This document shows positions 1-9,051 of a DNA stretch of 42,823 bases, piece after piece. The stretch comes from Candidatus Krumholzibacteriota bacterium (GTDB lineage Bacteria; Krumholzibacteriota; Krumholzibacteriia; LZORAL124-64-63). The notes below the pieces were generated by a model that did no database searches, was not told the origin of the DNA, and saw only the letters and a list, made by a program, of their open reading frames with translations. Positions within the stretch are counted from its first letter, which is position 1; each line of letters begins with the position of its first letter. The stretch spans positions 1-42,823 of the forward strand of contig JBDLKA010000022.1 in NCBI GenBank assembly GCA_039714075.1. Reading direction: 5' to 3'. Both the position numbers and the translations under genes were made by a program.

Positions 1-1718
1 GCCGAATACTTGTGCTGCCAGCCGCTGATGGGACCGCCCATGTAGTCGTGCCAGGCGGTTTCGTGCAGGTTGGTCATCATCACGTACCAGCCCGCCTGGG
101 AGATGTTGTTGTTCGGGGCGGCCAGCAGGGCAGTGTAGGCCTCGTTCCACAAGGTGCCGTAGTTCTTGCAGTTTCCGCCGCCGCCGGCGCAGGTACCGTT
201 CACGTCGCCGCCGTTGGCGAAGGGGATGAAGCCGGCCCAGTGGCCGTACCAGCTGTTGTCCGCGCCCCCGTAACCGTCAAAACCGCCGATTTCGTTGTAG
301 GTGCCCGGGGTGACGGTGATCGAGGAACCGTTGAAGTTCGGATTGGCCAGGGCGTCGGCAAGTTTCCAGGTGTGCAACCAGGCGCTTTCGGTGGCGCACT
401 TGGCGATCATCCAGTCGTAGGTCTCCTTGGCGTTGGGCACGATGCCGGCCCAGCCGCCCATCTCGGCCACGGCCTCCCAGTCTTCGGCGAAGACCGCGAT
501 CCGGAACTCGCCCACGCCGCTTCCGGCCAATCCGGTCAGGATGTCCAGCGAACCCTGGCCGTTGCCGCCGATGATGTTGCCGGTGAAGGTGCGGTCGCGG
601 GGAATGAGCCGCAGGCCGTTGGCGGCCAGGGTGTGGATCTGGTGGTTGTCGTGCCCGGTCAGATGCACGTCGTCGTCCAGAATGACTCCGTTCACGCCGT
701 GCCCCAGCCAGTTGTCGCCGATCCAGTCGTTCACGCCGCTGCTTGGGTAACCGGAGGTGTTCAGCCAAACCCTTTCGGGCACCCAGGCCACGGTGGGAGT
801 GTAGCCGTAGAAGGTATTGACCATCTGGGCCTGGATATTGACCGACCAGTCGTTCATTTCGTTGTTCACGAAGGGCATCATGTGCTGGCCGTAGGCCGAG
901 GTGAGCATGCCCGCCCAGCCCGCGGTCACACCCGTGGCCAGCCAGGCGTTGAAATCGACGGGGTCGCCGTTGCGCGCCGACCATTCGGCCGACGTCATCA
1001 GGGTCCCGCTCATATGGAAGTTGCCCGGAACGCTGTTGGTCTCGTGGGCCTGCATGGCCTCGTCGAAACCGCTGCCTTCCAGGTCGTCACTGCGGCCGTG
1101 CAGCACATCGGTGTAGCCGATGCCCTGGTTGCCGTGCAGGACAAAAGCACAGTGGGCCTCGTAGACCTTGTCCGCGGGAAAGGAGGCGAGGATAACGTCC
1201 CGGGGACCGGTCCCCGGATCGGCCATGACGGTGATCCGCCAGGGATCCACGGAGCTCGCCGCCGCCAGCGCGTCCGCCGGCAGGGGGAAGTAGAGCGCGT
1301 CCGGATCCGAGGGGTGGCGCCGGGCGCCGGTCAGGGCCTTGTCCTCCACGGGTGAGAAGTCATGATCGTCCCGTTCCAGCACCGCAGAGTTGATGACCGA
1401 CCCGTCTTGATTGTCCCTGATGGAAATTTCAACCCGACCCGGACGGCCGGATTCGACAAAGGCCCGCGCCAGTTGGCCGGGAACGTTTTCGGTAAGGGAC
1501 AAAAAGCTGACCCGCAGAAACGCCGCCCCCGTTTCGGTGGACCGGTAGACGCCGACCGACAGGACATCCGCCGCGGGATTGAGGCCCTCGGCATCCCCCA
1601 CGCCGTCAACAGCGATGACATCCACAAGTTGTAAATCGCCAGGAACTTCCGCGAACGAAGGAACAAAGGAAAGCAGGACGAAACCAATAAGGAACGAGGT
1701 CAAGCGTGCCAGTTTCAT
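1..1718 (-). CDS. Secreted glycoside hydrolase family 57-like protein (3' end truncated by the window edge)
   Basis: Hand-translated from ATG at 1718, open for 572 codons to the edge; not in the ORF track. Signal peptide MKLARLTSFLIGFVLLSFVPSFA. GH57-like conserved regions occur in the expected order: VLHGNQ, NFHMSGTL, LTSAYGQHMMPF, AWVPERVW (putative nucleophile Glu), VILDDD, VFAEDWE (putative acid/base Asp). The + strand ORF 12..1355 is its antisense shadow. Confidence 0.75.
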   Translation of the reverse strand, partial: MKLARLTSFLIGFVLLSFVPSFAEVPGDLQLVDVIAVDGVGDAEGLNPAADVLSVGVYRSTETGAAFLRVSFLSLTENVPGQLARAFVESGRPGRVEISIRDNQDGSVINSAVLERDDHDFSPVEDKALTGARRHPSDPDALYFPLPADALAAASSVDPWRITVMADPGTGPRDVILASFPADKVYEAHCAFVLHGNQGIGYTDVLHGRSDDLEGSGFDEAMQAHETNSVPGNFHMSGTLMTSAEWSARNGDPVDFNAWLATGVTAGWAGMLTSAYGQHMMPFVNNEMNDWSVNIQAQMVNTFYGYTPTVAWVPERVWLNTSGYPSSGVNDWIGDNWLGHGVNGVILDDDVHLTGHDNHQIHTLAANGLRLIPRDRTFTGNIIGGNGQGSLDILTGLAGSGVGEFRIAVFAEDWEAVAEMGGWAGIVPNAKETYDWMIAKCATESAWLHTWKLADALANPNFNGSSITVTPGTYNEIGGFDGYGGADNSWYGHWAGFIPFANGGDVNGTCAGGGGNCKNYGTLWNEAYTALLAAPNNNISQAGWYVMMTNLHETAWHDYMGGPISGWQHKYS

Positions 1719-1814
1719 TGTTTCAGCCTTGGGCGCAAGGTACAGATTCCACCTCTTAAACCCGGATTCAAGACCGCTTTGAGGGGGATTCATCATCAAT
1801 TTACAGCAAAGCGA

Positions 1815-1823
1815 ATCATACCA
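1815..1823 (-). promoter_or_regulatory. Possible extended -10 promoter (TGgTATGAT) for the GH57-like gene
   Basis: Minus strand reads TGGTATGAT about 100 nt upstream of ATG 1718; no good -35 at 17 nt spacing. Confidence 0.3.
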
Positions 1824-1900
1824 CAAACCGCCCCATGCAAACAAGATTCGTATGGTATTTTGCCGCATAATTCGTAATGATACCTGACATTGACCCGGCC

Positions 1901-1929
1901 TTGGCCGGCGGTCGGGATCGGGGTACAAT
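1901..1929 (+). promoter_or_regulatory. Putative sigma70-type promoter for the CDF gene
   Basis: TTGGCC (1901-1906), 17 nt, TACAAT (1924-1929). Confidence 0.45.
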
Positions 1930-1976
1930 TTCACCCGCTGGAATATTCGTGAAGATGGTTGATCAAAGGTGGACGC

Positions 1977-2891
1977 ATGTCACATTCGGGATCCAGGAAA
2001 GTCATTTTCGCAGCACTGGCGGGGAACGCGCTGATCGCGGCGACCAAGCTCGGGGCCGCCGCGTTCACCGGCAGTTCGGCCATGCTGTCCGAGGGCATCC
2101 ACTCCATTGTCGATACGGGGAACCAGATTCTCCTGCTGATGGGTTTGTCGCGGGCCAAGCGGGCTCCCGACCCGGAACATCCCTACGGGTACGGCAAGGA
2201 GATCTATTTCTGGTCCTTCGTGGTGGCCATCCTGATCTTCGGATTGGGCGCGGGTATTTCCATCTACGAGGGCATCAAGCACATCCAGCACCCCGAGCCC
2301 ATGGTCAACGCCCGGCTGAACTACCTGGTCCTGGCCCTGGCCTTCCTGTTCGAGGGCGCCGCCTGGTTCTTCGCCTTCAAGGAATTCGCCCATATCCGGG
2401 GCAAGCGGAGCATGATGCAGGCGGTCCGCGAAAGCAAGGACCCCACCACCTTCGTCGTGCTGTTCGAGGATTCCGCGGCCATGGCGGGAATCATCGTCGC
2501 CTTTGTCGGTATATGGCTGAGCCAGACGACCGGCCTGTACTGGATCGACGGCGCCGCGTCGGTGGCCATCGGCCTGATCCTGGCCGGCACGGCCTGGCTG
2601 CTGGCGGTGGAAACCAAGGACCTGCTGATCGGTGAAGCCGCCTCGCCGGCCACGATCGCGGGCATCCGCAACCTGGCCGCCAAGGTGGCCGGAGTGGAAA
2701 AAGTCAACGAAGTCCTAACACTCCACATGGGTCCGGAGTATATTCTGGTGAATGTGAGTCTGGATTTCGCGGATCATTGCACCGCGGAACAGATCGAGGA
2801 CGAAGTCGCCCGCCTGACCGAAGCCGTCAAAAAGGAGTGGCCCCTGGTCCGGAAGGTGTTCGTCGAAGCCGAGGAAAAGGAACAACCCTGA
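1977..2891 (+). CDS. Cation diffusion facilitator (CDF) family metal transporter
   Basis: About 6 hydrophobic segments, SEGIHSIVDTGNQ (HxxxD), HPYGYGKE, VLFEDSAA and a C-terminal dimerisation domain. ATG 1977 follows AAAGGTGG. Confidence 0.92.
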   Translation: MSHSGSRKVIFAALAGNALIAATKLGAAAFTGSSAMLSEGIHSIVDTGNQILLLMGLSRAKRAPDPEHPYGYGKEIYFWSFVVAILIFGLGAGISIYEGIKHIQHPEPMVNARLNYLVLALAFLFEGAAWFFAFKEFAHIRGKRSMMQAVRESKDPTTFVVLFEDSAAMAGIIVAFVGIWLSQTTGLYWIDGAASVAIGLILAGTAWLLAVETKDLLIGEAASPATIAGIRNLAAKVAGVEKVNEVLTLHMGPEYILVNVSLDFADHCTAEQIEDEVARLTEAVKKEWPLVRKVFVEAEEKEQP

Positions 2892-2937
2892 CCGAAGGAT
2901 TGGTCGGGTTTCAGGCAAGGAGCCGTTTAATAATTCC

Positions 2938-4746
2938 ATGTTAGGAATGCACGGACGCATCATCACTGGACGCCTCATCACCTGGATCTGCCTGTTGGCC
3001 ATGATCGTGCCGGCGCCCCGTTCGTGGGCCCAGGAGTGGTTGATCCACAAGGTCAAACGAGGCCAGAACCTGACGGTCATCGCCCACAGGCACGATGTCA
3101 CCGTGCAGGAAATCCGCGATTGGAACAAGCTGCGCAGCGACGAGCTGGCCATCGGCCAGCGGCTGAGGATCCCCCGCAAGGACACCGAACTGTACATCGT
3201 CCGCCTGGGCGACACGCTGACCGACATCGCCGACCGGAACGACCTGCCCCTTTCCCTGCTGCGAAAACTGAACGGGATCACCGGCAGCCGCATCTATGTC
3301 GGCCAGCAGTTGAAGCTGCAGCCCACTCCCCTGGACGAAGCCGTGCACGTGGTGCGCCGGGGAGAATCGCTCACCGAGATCGGTCGCCAGTTCGGACTGA
3401 CCGTGGCCGAACTCAAGCGGATCAATGACCTGACCGGCAACCGGATCTTCGTCGGCCAGAAACTGCGGCTGCGCGACGCGGGCAAGACGGTGCACATCGT
3501 GGAAAGCGGGGACGCACTCTGGGAAATCGCGCAGGGCTACGGCATTTCCGTTACCGAGTTGAAACGCCTGAACAACATGAAATCCGACCGGATCTATCCC
3601 GGGCAGGAATTACGGCTCAGCGCCGCGGCGGCCAAACGGACTTCGGTCTACAAGGTCAACAAGGGCGACAACCTGACCGAGATCGCCCGTCTGCACCAGA
3701 TGAGCCTGCGGGAGCTGCGGGATCTGAACGGGATATCCGGATCGGTCATCCATCCGGGCCAGAACCTGAGGGTCCGTCCCATGCCGGGCCTGGGCGGCAA
3801 GGCCAGTTCGCGGCAGACAGCCTCCGGCCTGGACTGGAGCGTGGTCAATGTTCCGGTCAGGGGAGTCTACCGGATCCAGGCCGCCAACGGCCCCTACTAC
3901 TACGAGGCCCCCAAGGCCAAGTACCAGAAACACTCCAACTATTTCGAGGAGAGTTCGATATCACCGCCGGTCGCCTACCGCCACGCCAGGTTGTTGTGGG
4001 AATCCTTTGAAAAAGAGGTCGCGGGCATGGGCAGGGTCGGCAACAGGTTGGCCGGCTGGCATTTTGTCCTGGACCCCGGGCACGGCGGCATCGACCCCGG
4101 CACGACCGTCCGGGCCAAGGACAGCGAGGGCAAGACCTTCACCATCGTCGAGGATGAATATGTCTACGACATCGCGTTGCGCGTCTATGTCCTGCTGAAA
4201 CTCAACGGCGCCGACGTGACCCTGACGCTGCTCAGCCCCAACCACCTGTTGCGGCAGAATTCCCCCGCTTCGAGGACCTTCGTGCACGACAGGAACGAGG
4301 TCATCAACAGCGCGTCCTGGAACAAACGGGACCGGCCGGAAGCCTGGCCCAAGGGCAACCAGAAGCATCTCGACGCCCGGGTCAACGTGGCCAAGCGGGC
4401 TTTCAAGGGCGTGCCCAAGAACCGGCAGGTTTTCCTGAGCTTCCACGCCGACAACGTGCCCGCCCTCGGCGAGGCCGTATCGCTGCTGTACTTCAAGAAC
4501 CGCCATGGCACCGACACGGTGTCCCGGGAACTGGCCCGGAAACTATTGCCCGCCCTGGGAGCCGGTGCCCGGATGAAGGGGCAGAACCTGGGCGTCCTGC
4601 GGACGAACCCCGCCCAGTACAAGCTTCTGGTCGAACTGCGGAACCTGGCCTACGAGGATCATATCTGGGCGATCCGGTACGACAAGCTGCGCCAGCGGGA
4701 CGCCGAGAAGGTGGTCAAGGCGTTGCTGGACGAGTTGGGGGGGTAG
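2938..4746 (+). CDS. N-acetylmuramoyl-L-alanine amidase (Amidase_3) with five LysM domains
   Basis: Signal-like N-terminus; five LysM repeats (HKVKRGQNL, YIVRLGDTL, HVVRRGESL, HIVESGDAL, YKVNKGDNL); amidase motifs LDPGHGG, EDEYVYDIA, LSFHAD, LLVELRN. Start could be ATG 2938 or slightly downstream. Confidence 0.9.
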   Translation: MLGMHGRIITGRLITWICLLAMIVPAPRSWAQEWLIHKVKRGQNLTVIAHRHDVTVQEIRDWNKLRSDELAIGQRLRIPRKDTELYIVRLGDTLTDIADRNDLPLSLLRKLNGITGSRIYVGQQLKLQPTPLDEAVHVVRRGESLTEIGRQFGLTVAELKRINDLTGNRIFVGQKLRLRDAGKTVHIVESGDALWEIAQGYGISVTELKRLNNMKSDRIYPGQELRLSAAAAKRTSVYKVNKGDNLTEIARLHQMSLRELRDLNGISGSVIHPGQNLRVRPMPGLGGKASSRQTASGLDWSVVNVPVRGVYRIQAANGPYYYEAPKAKYQKHSNYFEESSISPPVAYRHARLLWESFEKEVAGMGRVGNRLAGWHFVLDPGHGGIDPGTTVRAKDSEGKTFTIVEDEYVYDIALRVYVLLKLNGADVTLTLLSPNHLLRQNSPASRTFVHDRNEVINSASWNKRDRPEAWPKGNQKHLDARVNVAKRAFKGVPKNRQVFLSFHADNVPALGEAVSLLYFKNRHGTDTVSRELARKLLPALGAGARMKGQNLGVLRTNPAQYKLLVELRNLAYEDHIWAIRYDKLRQRDAEKVVKALLDELGG

Positions 4747-4841
4747 GAACCGGCTCCCCGGGTGTCTTTTCTGGGTGCGTTTTGGTTGATTATTGAAATC
4801 CATAACCAATTGAAAAATTTGCTGTTTAGCTGACTTTTTTC

Positions 4842-4870
4842 TTGCTGTTTTCGCTGTTTGTTCGTATATT
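4842..4870 (+). promoter_or_regulatory. Putative sigma70-type promoter for the HNH gene
   Basis: TTGCTG (4842-4847), 17 nt, TATATT (4865-4870), within an AT-rich tract. Confidence 0.55.
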
Positions 4871-4875
4871 GATTG

Positions 4876-4904
4876 TACCTCCCATGCACCCAACCCTGGA
4901 GGTA
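4876..4904 (+). promoter_or_regulatory. Hairpin sequestering the Shine-Dalgarno sequence in the HNH gene leader
   Basis: TACCTCC (4876-4882) is the exact reverse complement of GGAGGTA (4898-4904), which contains the SD just upstream of ATG 4909. Confidence 0.55.
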
Positions 4905-4908
4905 TATC

Positions 4909-5937
4909 ATGTCCGCTGTTTCCTACGTTCCCGACCAATCCGCCGCTCACGTTCATTCTTCTCTGCGCCGTTCGTTGAAGGCCATGGAGCTGGCCCGGCA
5001 GTGCGCCGTTCTATGGTTCGCCGAGGTCATGCGGCGAAGGTTGTATTGCGAGTTGGGCTATTCCTCCATCAACCAGTACGCCATGAAAGGTCTTGGGTTT
5101 TCCAAATCACGGACCGGTGATTTCATTCGGCTGGCCCGGCAGCTGGATGGCTTGCCGGCCGTGCGAGATGCCATGGTTTCCGGTGAGCTGGGATACACCA
5201 AGGCGCGGGAAATCGTCGGGGTGGCCACGCCCGAAACCCAGGACGAGTGGTTGCAGGCCGCCAAAAAACCACGGCAGGAATTGGTTCGCGAAGTGAAGAG
5301 AGTCAAGCGGGCAGCCCAGGTCGATCCCGGCCAAGGTGAACTTTTACCGGCTGCCCCCACCGTGGTCGCACCGAAGGAACTGCCGGTCCGTTTCCAGATG
5401 GATCTGACCCCCGAACAGGAAGCCCGCCGGTCCGCTTTGGTCGAGCGGCTCCACAAATTGGGCGGCGTCCCCAACGACAAGGCCGAGTTGGTGTTGGAAG
5501 CCCTGGCTTCTTTGGTGGAAACGAAGGAAAAGGCCCCCCGGGGGGCCCTCGCCGGGCGGCCGCCGGTACAAATCCATGTTCACGAAGAAGCCGGCAAAAT
5601 GACAGTGGAAACTGACGTCGGAAAGCGCGAGCTAAGCCGGGCCGAGGCCGAACGAATGAAATGCGACGCGGCCGTCTGTCGTAAAGGAGGCCATAATACA
5701 ACAACCATCCCTCCACGCGTGCGTCGCGAGGTTCTGGCACGCGACCGACACCGCTGCCAGGCTCCCGGGTGCGGAAGGACCCGGTTTCTCGAAGTTCACC
5801 ACAAGGTGCCGCGCTCTGGCGGAGGCGGCAACAGCCGGGAAAACCTGGTGACCCTCTGTGGTTCATGCCATCGGCTTTGGCATGAACGGGGCGCCGGCGC
5901 CATTCCGGATGCCCCGAACAAGGCTCTCATCGGCTAG
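4909..5937 (+). CDS. HNH endonuclease with DUF222/13E12-like helical N-terminal region
   Basis: C-terminal RDRHRCQAPGC...EVHHKVPRSGGGGNSRENLVTLCGSCHRLWHE (Zn-binding HNH); N-terminal LGYSSINQYA...GELGYTKAREI resembles DUF222-type proteins; strong GGAGGT SD. Confidence 0.85.
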   Translation: MSAVSYVPDQSAAHVHSSLRRSLKAMELARQCAVLWFAEVMRRRLYCELGYSSINQYAMKGLGFSKSRTGDFIRLARQLDGLPAVRDAMVSGELGYTKAREIVGVATPETQDEWLQAAKKPRQELVREVKRVKRAAQVDPGQGELLPAAPTVVAPKELPVRFQMDLTPEQEARRSALVERLHKLGGVPNDKAELVLEALASLVETKEKAPRGALAGRPPVQIHVHEEAGKMTVETDVGKRELSRAEAERMKCDAAVCRKGGHNTTTIPPRVRREVLARDRHRCQAPGCGRTRFLEVHHKVPRSGGGGNSRENLVTLCGSCHRLWHERGAGAIPDAPNKALIG

Positions 5938-5974
5938 ATGCCGGGGACCGATTCCACCACGGCCTGGGGCAGCC

Positions 5975-8842
5975 CTACTCCCTGTCCACGCTGATGAATC
6001 CCTGGAGGAACCCCGTGCGCCGCACCTCCCCCGTGTCGGTCGGCAGGGCGCCGATGCTGGTGTTGTCCATCTGGAACATCACCATCACGTGGTCGGTCTG
6101 GCCCGCTGCCGATGGTGTCGCAAACTGCATCAACCGATCGACGACCACCGGATTGCCGGCGCTGCACTGCACCTGAATAGGTTGGGTCGTGGCGTTCACC
6201 GGGGCGAACGTCCCGTCAGGTTCGACCTGCACGGCGATGATGCTGACCATTCCCGACAGCGGCGGAAAACCCGGCGGCGAATAGCTGTCGCAGCTCAGGT
6301 TGACCTTGAGCCGGAAGTTGGCCGCGGTGGTGATGTCGAAGTCGAACCTGCCGGCAATGGACATCATGGCCACGGCAGAGCTGCACTCCATGCCGAGGTC
6401 CGTCCCCAGGTCCTGGCAGTTCGATGCGGCGTCGGTCTCGATGTCGATGTCCAGCCTCGTGCCGTCCGCGGAACCGGTCAGCGTGCCGGTGTACCCTGCA
6501 TTCGCGTTGAACGTCCCGTACACGCACTGGTCCCCTCCCATCGGCATGTCCCCGAATACGCCTCCATCGAACAGTCGGTGCGAAAAGGTCTCGGAGCGGC
6601 CGACCCAGACGTCCCCCGGCGCAGGCGCTACCAGCGGGAGGAGGCCTTCCTCCGGGAAAGTGATTTCCTCGAACTGGTCATCGAGATCCGGGTTGCCGCA
6701 CGCGCCGCCGGAGCCCAGCGGAAAGTTGATCTCGACCAGGTTCCCGTAGTACACGGCCAATCCGGAGCACACTCCATAGCGGAAGGTGATGCGATCCTCG
6801 ACCTCCGGCTTCGACTCGAGGTATGCCCTCAGCGTCACCTCCCCACTTCCGCTGGAAGGGGCGGTATAGTCGACACTGAGGCCGGACGTATTCGACAGAT
6901 CGCCCGCGCCGGTTTCGATCTCCCACATAACCGTGAGTTCGCCCGGTCCGCCTGCGGTCGCGGTGAAGGTCTCCGACTGGCCGGACCCGACACAGACGTC
7001 CTTCTTTTCGATCACCACACGTTCGTCGGCGAAGATTTCGATCCGCCCGCAGCGGGCCGGAGAATCAGGAGGCAGCTCCTTCGACATGCTGCAGACTTCG
7101 ATGTACGTGGGGTAGGCGTCGGCTTCGGACGGTGTCACGAAAGTCAGCGTGTGCACCCCGCCCGAGAAGGTTGGCGTCAGCGGAGGCAGTCCCGGTCCCG
7201 GGGTCAGCTGGATGTCCTCCGGTTTGTTGTGCTTCGAGTTGTCCACGCGGAACTTGATGGTCACGGTTTCGCCCGGGTTTTCCACCAGCAGGGTCCGGGG
7301 AATCCAGACCACTTCCTTGCGGACAACCTCGACCGGCTTGTCCTCGAACCCCATGGGTCCGGGAAACGGCTCGGGCTGGGTTTGCACGCGGAGCGTCACG
7401 GTGCCGATCTCTTCCGGATCGAGCTTGCGGACGTTGGCCACATTGACCAGGACGGCGTTTCCGCCGAAGGTCTCGGCGGTGACCCATCTTTCCCCGGTGC
7501 CGTCGTCGATCACCACGGGGCCAAACTCGGTGACGCCGATGCCCCAGCATTCGGCTCCCCCATCGGGATCATCCTCCAGTTCGCCCAGGCGAATGTTCAA
7601 CGCCTCTTTCCCCAGGATGTCCAACCCACCGGTCGCCGCATCGGCAACGGCACCTCCGAAGCCGCCGGGCAGGGCGGCCGCGGTGGTGATGAGATCGAGG
7701 CCGACCCTGGCCAGGCCCATCCCGTTGTTGGTGGCCCAGACCTTGGCGAAGGACCACTTGATCGGGGGATCTCCGCGCGTGAGGTCCCAGTCCTCCTCGA
7801 TCCGATCGGTGTCGACCTGGAACTCCAGCCGGCTGATCGCACTCGGGTAGAGATTGGCACGCATCTGCTGGACCAGGTTCATGCTGAAGGCCATCCAGCC
7901 GGCAATGGCGCCGACAGGTGGGGAGACGAGCCCCAGCACCGCGAACGCGGTTCCCAGGTTGCCGATGTTCTGGCTCAGCGGTCCCAGGCTGTCACTCGCA
8001 CCGCGGGCCGCCTTGATGAAGTCGCTCAGTTCCTGCGGGCCATTCAGGTCGAACAGGTCCGCCGGCACGGCACCCAGGTCGCCGCATTCCTTGAGCCCGG
8101 AGGCTGCCGCCGTCTTCAAAAAAGCTGGGCTCGGGGTTGGACTCCCGTTCAGCCCTTTCGAGGTGGCGGTGAGATCACCAAGCGCCGTAGCCAGGTCGAT
8201 CTTCGCCAGCAGGGCCTGCAGGAACGCCGCCTCGTCGGACGTCAGGTCGTTCAGGGCCGTGGCCGGATCGATGGCCGCGCGCGCCTCGAGCAGCAAAGCC
8301 ACCGGAATCGCCTGCGGGGGCAGATCGGCCAGGCTGGTGGCGGCCAACACTCCGGGGTCGAGCCCGAACTGGGCGGCCAGCGCGAGGGTCAATTCGTCGA
8401 GAGCGGCTACGGCATCCCCCAACGGGTCGCCCACGGCCGGTTCCAGCGGCATGACCTCGATCTCGAGGGCCGCGCAACTCTCGATCCCGTCGGTAACCGT
8501 CAATTGCACCGTCCCGCCGTTCAGCAGGTCGTCGATATTGGGCGGCACGACGATCTCGGCGCGACCATCGCCGTCGACGAGGACCGCCGTGATTCCGGTC
8601 GCGCCGGACGGCGCCTCGTACGCGACCCAGGTCGCATCACCGATCCCGGATATCCCGGTCACTTCCACCCGGTCGAAGGGTTGGGCGGTGGCGGCGCCGA
8701 GGGCCGGATTCCCACAATTGAGGTCCGAAGTCTCGGGCACGGGTTCGGTCGGCGACGGGTCGTCGCCACCACAGCCGGCAATTATGAACAGGCATAAAAG
8801 TGCGATCGCCAAGCCGAACCGGTTCCGGTGGTGCCGATACAT
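5975..8842 (-). CDS. Large hypothetical lipoprotein (955 aa) with Ig-like beta-rich segments
   Basis: Lipobox IIAG-C followed by a GGDDPSPTEP linker; SD GGAAGGA; acidic, Cys-containing, long uninterrupted ORF. Confidence 0.8.
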   Translation of the reverse strand: MYRHHRNRFGLAIALLCLFIIAGCGGDDPSPTEPVPETSDLNCGNPALGAATAQPFDRVEVTGISGIGDATWVAYEAPSGATGITAVLVDGDGRAEIVVPPNIDDLLNGGTVQLTVTDGIESCAALEIEVMPLEPAVGDPLGDAVAALDELTLALAAQFGLDPGVLAATSLADLPPQAIPVALLLEARAAIDPATALNDLTSDEAAFLQALLAKIDLATALGDLTATSKGLNGSPTPSPAFLKTAAASGLKECGDLGAVPADLFDLNGPQELSDFIKAARGASDSLGPLSQNIGNLGTAFAVLGLVSPPVGAIAGWMAFSMNLVQQMRANLYPSAISRLEFQVDTDRIEEDWDLTRGDPPIKWSFAKVWATNNGMGLARVGLDLITTAAALPGGFGGAVADAATGGLDILGKEALNIRLGELEDDPDGGAECWGIGVTEFGPVVIDDGTGERWVTAETFGGNAVLVNVANVRKLDPEEIGTVTLRVQTQPEPFPGPMGFEDKPVEVVRKEVVWIPRTLLVENPGETVTIKFRVDNSKHNKPEDIQLTPGPGLPPLTPTFSGGVHTLTFVTPSEADAYPTYIEVCSMSKELPPDSPARCGRIEIFADERVVIEKKDVCVGSGQSETFTATAGGPGELTVMWEIETGAGDLSNTSGLSVDYTAPSSGSGEVTLRAYLESKPEVEDRITFRYGVCSGLAVYYGNLVEINFPLGSGGACGNPDLDDQFEEITFPEEGLLPLVAPAPGDVWVGRSETFSHRLFDGGVFGDMPMGGDQCVYGTFNANAGYTGTLTGSADGTRLDIDIETDAASNCQDLGTDLGMECSSAVAMMSIAGRFDFDITTAANFRLKVNLSCDSYSPPGFPPLSGMVSIIAVQVEPDGTFAPVNATTQPIQVQCSAGNPVVVDRLMQFATPSAAGQTDHVMVMFQMDNTSIGALPTDTGEVRRTGFLQGFISVDRE

Positions 8843-8952
8843 ATATTTTTTCCTTCCAAAATCAAGGCTCCCAGAAATGACTTCCCTTCATCCTGCAATT
8901 ACGGAAAACCCGTCGTTTACCGGACAGGTCTAATAATGTGATTTTTCATCAG

Positions 8953-8978
8953 GTTTCAGGGCAACGTTGCCCTGAAAC
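8953..8978. repeat. Perfect 26-bp palindrome between divergent genes
   Basis: GTTTCAGGGCAAC|GTTGCCCTGAAAC with no spacer. Confidence 0.9.
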
Positions 8979-8986
8979 GGGATCTT

Positions 8987-9015
8987 TCGACAAAGCCCCC
9001 TTCTTGGGTTAGAAT
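8987..9015 (+). promoter_or_regulatory. Putative sigma70-type promoter for the ggt run
   Basis: TCGACA (8987-8992), 17 nt, TAGAAT (9010-9015). Confidence 0.55.
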
Positions 9016-9051
9016 CCATGAGCCGAATTCCAATCCAACCGGGAGCGCCCC

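Noticed and set aside
12..1355. 447-aa + strand ORF
   Set aside because: Antisense shadow of the GH57-like gene; no motifs and V/G/H/A-biased composition typical of GC-rich reverse frames.
4909..5937. IscB/Cas9-like RNA-guided nuclease
   Set aside because: No PLMP or RuvC motifs seen; only a C-terminal HNH domain.
4756..5948. TCCCCGG / CCGGGGA as terminal inverted repeats around the HNH gene
   Set aside because: Only 7 bp in GC-rich DNA with no target-site duplication; expected by chance.
5858..8797. 979-aa + strand ORF (also 7854..8933)
   Set aside because: Antisense to the lipoprotein, which has a lipobox and SD; Arg/Gly-rich with no recognisable motifs.
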